A stretch of 64,000 bases of DNA from Planctomycetota bacterium (GTDB taxonomy: Bacteria; Planctomycetota; B15-G4): positions 64,001 through 128,000 of the forward strand of contig JBBQUR010000002.1 of the NCBI GenBank assembly GCA_038212275.1, written 5' to 3'. Positions 59,300 to 64,000 of this stretch are shown here, one piece after another (the stretch's first letter is position 1; the number at the start of each line of letters is the position of its first letter). Position numbers and translations under genes: made by a program. The notes under the pieces were generated by a model. It made no database searches. It had not been told where the DNA came from and saw nothing but the letters and a program-made list of their open reading frames with translations.

Positions 59300-60169
59300 G
59301 TGATCGTGCCCCGCACCACCCGCGACGAGGTCCTGAAGAAGCTGCGCGCCAAGGTCGAGCGGCGCCTCCCCGTGTTCATTGCCAGCGCGGGCAGCGGCCT
59401 CGTGGCGCGGCTGCTCGAGCAGGCCGGCGTGGACTGCATCAACACCTTCAGCGGCGCACGGCTGCGGGCCAACGGCATGGGCACGATGGCCATGATGTGG
59501 CCCATCCTGGACAGCAACGCGCAGACGCTGGACTACACGGAGCAGGACATCCTGCCCGCAATCAAGGGCGACGCCTTCGTGTGCGCCTGCCTCAATGCCA
59601 ACGACCCGCTGCGCGACATGCGCAGCGTGCTGCTGCGCTGCCGCGAGATGGGCGCGATCTCGGTCTCCAACATCGGGCCGTCCATCAGCTATGTGGACAA
59701 GGGCAGCACCATCCGCGCGGTGCTGGAGAAAAGCGGCATCACCTTCGCCAACGAGATCGCGATGCTGGCGCTCGGCCGCGAGCTGGGCCTCGTCACCGTG
59801 GGCCTCGCCTTCGACATGGAGGACAGCCTCGCGCTGGTGAAAGGCGCCCGACCCGACATTTTCTGCTTCCACGCGGGCACCACGAAGGGCGGACAGAGCG
59901 GCTTCGACAGCGGCGAGACCATCGCGCAGACGGCGCGCCGCACGGAAGAGGTCTACGCAGCGGTGCGCAAGCTGGCGCCGGAGACCATCCTCGTCGCGCA
60001 CGGCGCCGCGATGGAGACCGTCGCCGACGCGCAGTACATGCTCGCGCACACCTCGGGCCACGGCTTCTGGACGGGCTCGTCGACGGAGCGCCTGCCGATC
60101 GAACGCGCCGTCCTCGCGACGGCGAAGGAATTCGCCGCGTTGCGCTTCGACGAAGGAGGCCGTCCATGA
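59300..60169 (+). CDS. Phosphoenolpyruvate-hydrolase-like (Tm-1 C-terminal) TIM-barrel protein
   Basis: SAGSGLVA..AGVD, DP.RDM, HAGTTKGG, HG, GFWTGSSTERLPIE. Confidence 0.8.
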   Translation: MIVPRTTRDEVLKKLRAKVERRLPVFIASAGSGLVARLLEQAGVDCINTFSGARLRANGMGTMAMMWPILDSNAQTLDYTEQDILPAIKGDAFVCACLNANDPLRDMRSVLLRCREMGAISVSNIGPSISYVDKGSTIRAVLEKSGITFANEIAMLALGRELGLVTVGLAFDMEDSLALVKGARPDIFCFHAGTTKGGQSGFDSGETIAQTARRTEEVYAAVRKLAPETILVAHGAAMETVADAQYMLAHTSGHGFWTGSSTERLPIERAVLATAKEFAALRFDEGGRP

Positions 60170-61764
60170 AGACAGGGAAGCAGAAGCGGAAGTCCGGGAA
60201 GGCGAAGGCGGCTCATCCGGACGCTCCGGCGCAGGCCGACGCGAAGAAGAAGTCCCGCTCGAAACCCGCGCGCAAGCCCAAGCCCAAGCCCGCACCGAAG
60301 TCGAAGGCCGCTGCGAAGAAGCACGCGAAGCGCCGGGCGAAGCGGGAGACGGCCGAGCGGCGCGAGGCGAAGAAGCAGGCAGGGAAGGTGGCGAAGAAGG
60401 CCCGGAAGGCGCACGAGAAGCAGGAGCGCAAGGCCGCGAAGGAGTTGAAGCGCGCGGCGAGGGAACTCGAGCGCGACGCGCGCCGCTCCGGCGGCGGCAC
60501 GCGGGTGCCGCGCCCGGTCATCGCGGTGCTGGCCACGCTGGACACCAAGGCACCCGAGGCCGGCTACCTGCGCGAGTGCATCGAGGCTCTCGGCGGCGAG
60601 GCGATGCTGGTGGACATGGGCGTGCTCGGATCGCCGGGCGCCGTGCGCCACGCCGCGCCGGACGTCACGCGCGCGGAGGTCGCCGCGGCGGGCGGCTCCA
60701 CGCTGGCCACGCTGCTGGCCGCCCCCACGCGGCAGGCCGCCTCGCCGGTGATGATCGCCGGCGCGACCGCGCTCCTGAAGCAGCGCATCGCGGACGGCTC
60801 CTTGCACGCGGTGCTGGGTATCGGCGGCACGCAGGGCACCAGCAACGCCACGGCCGTGATGCGCGCATTGCCCTATGGCCTCCCCAAGATCATGGTGTCC
60901 ACCGTGGCGAGCGGCGACGTGTCGGCGTTCGTGGACATCAAGGACATCACCATGATGTTCTCGGTCGGCGACCTGCTCGGACTCAATCCGTTGACGCGCA
61001 GGATTCTGGGCAACGCCGCCGGCGCCGCCGTCGGCATGGCGAACTCCGGAACGACGCTCAAGTCGTCACGCGCGGAGTCCACCGACCGGCCGCTCATCGG
61101 CATGAGCAATCTGGGCGTGCTGACGGACGGCGCGCTGCTCGCGCTCGAGCTGTTCGCGCAGCGCGGCTACGAGGTGCTCGTCTTCCACGCCGTCGGCTCC
61201 GGCGGCCGCGCGATGGAGCAGCTCATGAAGGAAGGCGTCATCGGCGCGGTCTTCGACTACGCGCTGGGCGAACTGAGCGACGAGCTCTTCCACGGACTGC
61301 GCGCCGCGAACGCCGAGCGCTTCACCGTCGCGGGCTCGCTCGGCCTGCCGCAGGTGATCTGCCCGGGCGGCAGCGAGCACGTCGGCCTGCTCGTGCCGGC
61401 CAACACGGTGCCCGAGCGCTGGACCGGCCACGCGCACGTCTTCCACAACCCGATCATCCTCGCGCCGCGACTCTCGCCGGACGAGTTTGCGGGCGTCGCG
61501 CGCGAGGCCTGCGCGCGACTGGCGCACACCACCGGCCGCGCGGCCTTCCTCATGCCGCTGCGCGGGACGTCGCGCTACGGCGTGCCGGGCGGCCCGCTGC
61601 ACGACCCGGCCGGCGACGCGGCTTTTCTCGCGGAGCTGCACCGCAGCCTGCCGCCGGGCGTGGAACTCGTCGAAGTGGACGCCGGCGCCGAGGACGAACT
61701 CTTCGTGCGCACCGCGGTGGACAAACTCGTGGCGCTCATCGAAGCATCCGCGCCGACGTCCTGA
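60166..61764 (+). CDS. Tm-1-like ATP-binding (UPF0261) protein with Lys/Ala-rich N-terminal extension
   Basis: LATLDTK, GIGGTQGT, LPYGLPKIMVSTVASG, SVGDLLGLN, VFHAVGSGGRAME; ATGA overlap with the upstream gene. Confidence 0.85.
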   Translation: MKTGKQKRKSGKAKAAHPDAPAQADAKKKSRSKPARKPKPKPAPKSKAAAKKHAKRRAKRETAERREAKKQAGKVAKKARKAHEKQERKAAKELKRAARELERDARRSGGGTRVPRPVIAVLATLDTKAPEAGYLRECIEALGGEAMLVDMGVLGSPGAVRHAAPDVTRAEVAAAGGSTLATLLAAPTRQAASPVMIAGATALLKQRIADGSLHAVLGIGGTQGTSNATAVMRALPYGLPKIMVSTVASGDVSAFVDIKDITMMFSVGDLLGLNPLTRRILGNAAGAAVGMANSGTTLKSSRAESTDRPLIGMSNLGVLTDGALLALELFAQRGYEVLVFHAVGSGGRAMEQLMKEGVIGAVFDYALGELSDELFHGLRAANAERFTVAGSLGLPQVICPGGSEHVGLLVPANTVPERWTGHAHVFHNPIILAPRLSPDEFAGVAREACARLAHTTGRAAFLMPLRGTSRYGVPGGPLHDPAGDAAFLAELHRSLPPGVELVEVDAGAEDELFVRTAVDKLVALIEASAPTS

Positions 61765-61851
61765 GGCGCGATGGACCGCCGGAGACGGGATCGCCACACT
61801 ACGCCGCCCCGTCATGCGCGCCAGCATTCCCCGCTTCACAGAGCTCGCCCG

Positions 61852-64000
61852 ATGCACACACGGACGCTGATCCTCGCGACCTCGCTCCTGGCTTCCTGCG
61901 CGTCGCAGGCGCCGACTGCTCCGACCGCTCTGCATGCGCCGTCGGCGCCGTCGGCGCCGTCGGCAGCGTCGGCAGCGTCGGCCCCGTCGGCCCCGTCGGC
62001 GCTCAGCGCGCCATCGGCGTCACGCCAAATCGCGCCGGCGGACGACTCGCCCGCCGCATCGGCTTCCCAGGCCGCTCCCGACCTGCAGCGCCTCGTCGTC
62101 GTGCAGAACGGCAGGACCGGCGAGGTGCTCACGCTGAGTGAGCTGCTCGATGCGCTCGAGGAGAGCGATGTCGTCTTCCTCGGCGAGTCGCACACGGACG
62201 AGACCACGCACCGCGTGGAGCTCGCGGTGTACGAGGGCCTGCTCGCGCGACGCGACGGCAACGTCGTGCTTGCCATGGAGATGTTCGAGCGCGACGCGCA
62301 GGCGGCGCTCGACGACTACCTCGCGGGCCGCATCGACGAGGCGGCCTTTCTCGCGGCCAGCCGGCCGTGGGGCAACTACCACACCGCGTACCGGCCGCTC
62401 ATCGAGGCCGCGCGCGCGGCGGGCGCGCCCGTCGTCGCAAGCAACTTCCCGCGACCGCTGCGCATGCAGCTCATGAAGGACGGACCCGACACGCTGGCCG
62501 CGCTGCGCGACGCGGGAAGCCGCGACGTGCCCGCCGAACTGCTCCCGAACACCGACGCCTACTGGCGCCGCGTGGACAACGCCGTGCGCGGCCACAAGGG
62601 CATGATGGGCGGCGACGACAGCCCGGAGGCGCGACTGCTCTCGACGCAGTCGCTCTGGGACAACTCCATGGGCGAGTCGTGCGCGCGCGCGCTCGATGAA
62701 CATCCGGGCGCACTGGTGCTGCACGTGAACGGCGGTTTTCACAGCGAATACTGGGACGGCACCGCATGGCAGCTGGCGTTGCGGAAGCCGGACGCACTCA
62801 TCACCAGCGTGGCCATCGTGCCGACGAGCCAGCCCGCCACCGCGGACGTCGGCGGCCTGCCCGCGGCGGACTACGTCGTGTTCGCGGAGCAGCGCGCGGA
62901 GGACCTGGAAGGCGGCATCGGCGCCGTCTTCGTGCCGCGCAAGCTCGAGTATCGCTTCCACCGGCCCGCGGACGCGTCCGCCGATGCGCCCGTTCCGCTG
63001 CTCATCTGGCTCTCCGACGACGGCCTCACCGCCGAAGAAGGCCTGGAGCTCTGGAAGGAGCGGCTGGGCGACGAGGCGGCGATCGCCGTGCTGGAGGCGC
63101 CGAATCTGGAGCTGCAGGCGGACCTCGCGCCGGGCGGACGCTGGTTCGGCGGCGACGACTTCACGCAGGAGGCCGACGGCCTGCGCTTCGCCGTCGAGCG
63201 CGTCGCGGCCTTCCTGTTGCAGCACGAGGCGATCGATCCGGCGCGCATCTGCGTGGCGGGTGAAGGCACCGGCGGCACGGTGGCCGCGGCCGTCGCCCTG
63301 CTGGGCGGGCCATTCGGCGTGCGCGCCGTCGCGCTGCAGCCGCGCGGCTTCGCAAACCTGCGCGACATCCCGCTGCCGCTGCCCGAACTGCGCGGGGACG
63401 AGCCGGCGCCGGACTCGTCGCTGCGCGTGGTGCTTGCCGCGCAGGACGGCTCGCAGCATTCCGGCGCCGCGTGGTGGACGACCGAGCTCGCCGAGTACGA
63501 GGGCGTCGGCCTGCCGGGCCAGCTCGTCGAGGTGAGCGACGACCCGTGGCTGTCGCAGCGGCGCGACGAAAATGAGTTGCGTGCGGCACTGGGTCTGCCG
63601 GTGCGCGAGGCACCGCCGGCGTCGGCTTCGGGCAGCCGGCCATGCGTGCTCGTCCCCGACGACTCGACGCGGGCGCTGCACTGGGCGCGGCTCTTCGCTC
63701 TGCGCGCCGAGGCGCTGTCCGGTCAGCCGGTCGCCGTGCTGCAGGCGATTCCGGCGGGCGAAGCAGCGCAGCCGCTGTCACTGCAGGTGAAGGCCGCGCC
63801 CTTCGCGGCGCCCGACATGCTGCCGCTCTGCCCCGGCGATTTCGGCGGGACGACCATCGTCGTGCTTCCCGCGCGCACGCCGGCGGAAGAGGTCCTCGCG
63901 TGGCAGGCGATGGCCGCGGACGATCCGCTCAACAAGCAGAGCCGCTTCCATCGCCTGCGCGTCGCCACGGCGGAGACCGGGCAGTTGGGCAAGCTCCTGG
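61852..64000 (+). CDS. ChaN/EreA-like lipoprotein fused to alpha/beta-hydrolase-like domain; 3' end runs off the window
   Basis: Manual translation: MHTRTLILATSLLASC; DVVFLGESHTD, LAMEMFERD, WGNY..AYRPLIE, QSLWDNSM, HVNGGFHS; then PLLIWL, IDPARICVAGEGTGG. Confidence 0.8.
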   Translation, partial: MHTRTLILATSLLASCASQAPTAPTALHAPSAPSAPSAASAASAPSAPSALSAPSASRQIAPADDSPAASASQAAPDLQRLVVVQNGRTGEVLTLSELLDALEESDVVFLGESHTDETTHRVELAVYEGLLARRDGNVVLAMEMFERDAQAALDDYLAGRIDEAAFLAASRPWGNYHTAYRPLIEAARAAGAPVVASNFPRPLRMQLMKDGPDTLAALRDAGSRDVPAELLPNTDAYWRRVDNAVRGHKGMMGGDDSPEARLLSTQSLWDNSMGESCARALDEHPGALVLHVNGGFHSEYWDGTAWQLALRKPDALITSVAIVPTSQPATADVGGLPAADYVVFAEQRAEDLEGGIGAVFVPRKLEYRFHRPADASADAPVPLLIWLSDDGLTAEEGLELWKERLGDEAAIAVLEAPNLELQADLAPGGRWFGGDDFTQEADGLRFAVERVAAFLLQHEAIDPARICVAGEGTGGTVAAAVALLGGPFGVRAVALQPRGFANLRDIPLPLPELRGDEPAPDSSLRVVLAAQDGSQHSGAAWWTTELAEYEGVGLPGQLVEVSDDPWLSQRRDENELRAALGLPVREAPPASASGSRPCVLVPDDSTRALHWARLFALRAEALSGQPVAVLQAIPAGEAAQPLSLQVKAAPFAAPDMLPLCPGDFGGTTIVVLPARTPAEEVLAWQAMAADDPLNKQSRFHRLRVATAETGQLGKLL

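Overview
A very GC-rich (about 70% or more by eye) 64-kb bacterial chromosomal segment, most likely from a Planctomycetota genome. The inference rests on the PVC-type heme-binding CxxCH dehydrogenase, the kinase-sigma54 fusion and the many secreted beta-rich proteins. About 38 coding regions are supported. Housekeeping-type genes include glgP, an aspartate kinase, a dapA-like gene, thiC with a TPP riboswitch, a pterin dehydratase, an OPT transporter and a tandem USP. There are many secreted enzymes or surface proteins and a small hipAB/DUF4143 islet. The best candidates for undescribed biology are: (1) three paralogous, atypical ECF-like sigma proteins (sigma2-only, sigma2+sigma4+TPR-like extension, sigma2+sigma4) at 14.5-18.5 kb with no visible anti-sigma; (2) a ~122-aa 'PFKGGxLVP' C-terminal domain on at least four otherwise different secreted proteins, which behaves like a sorting or anchoring module; (3) a ~240-nt multi-stem intergenic RNA candidate next to a 33-bp palindrome at 38.9-39.2 kb; (4) a local sigma54 regulon, with four GG-N10-GC-type promoters and a degenerate-kinase/TPR/GAF/sigma54 activator; (5) several apparent pseudo-enzymes (M14 partner, DapA-like, ChaN-fused hydrolase). 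All calls come from reading motifs by eye. No searches were run, and start codons are best guesses.
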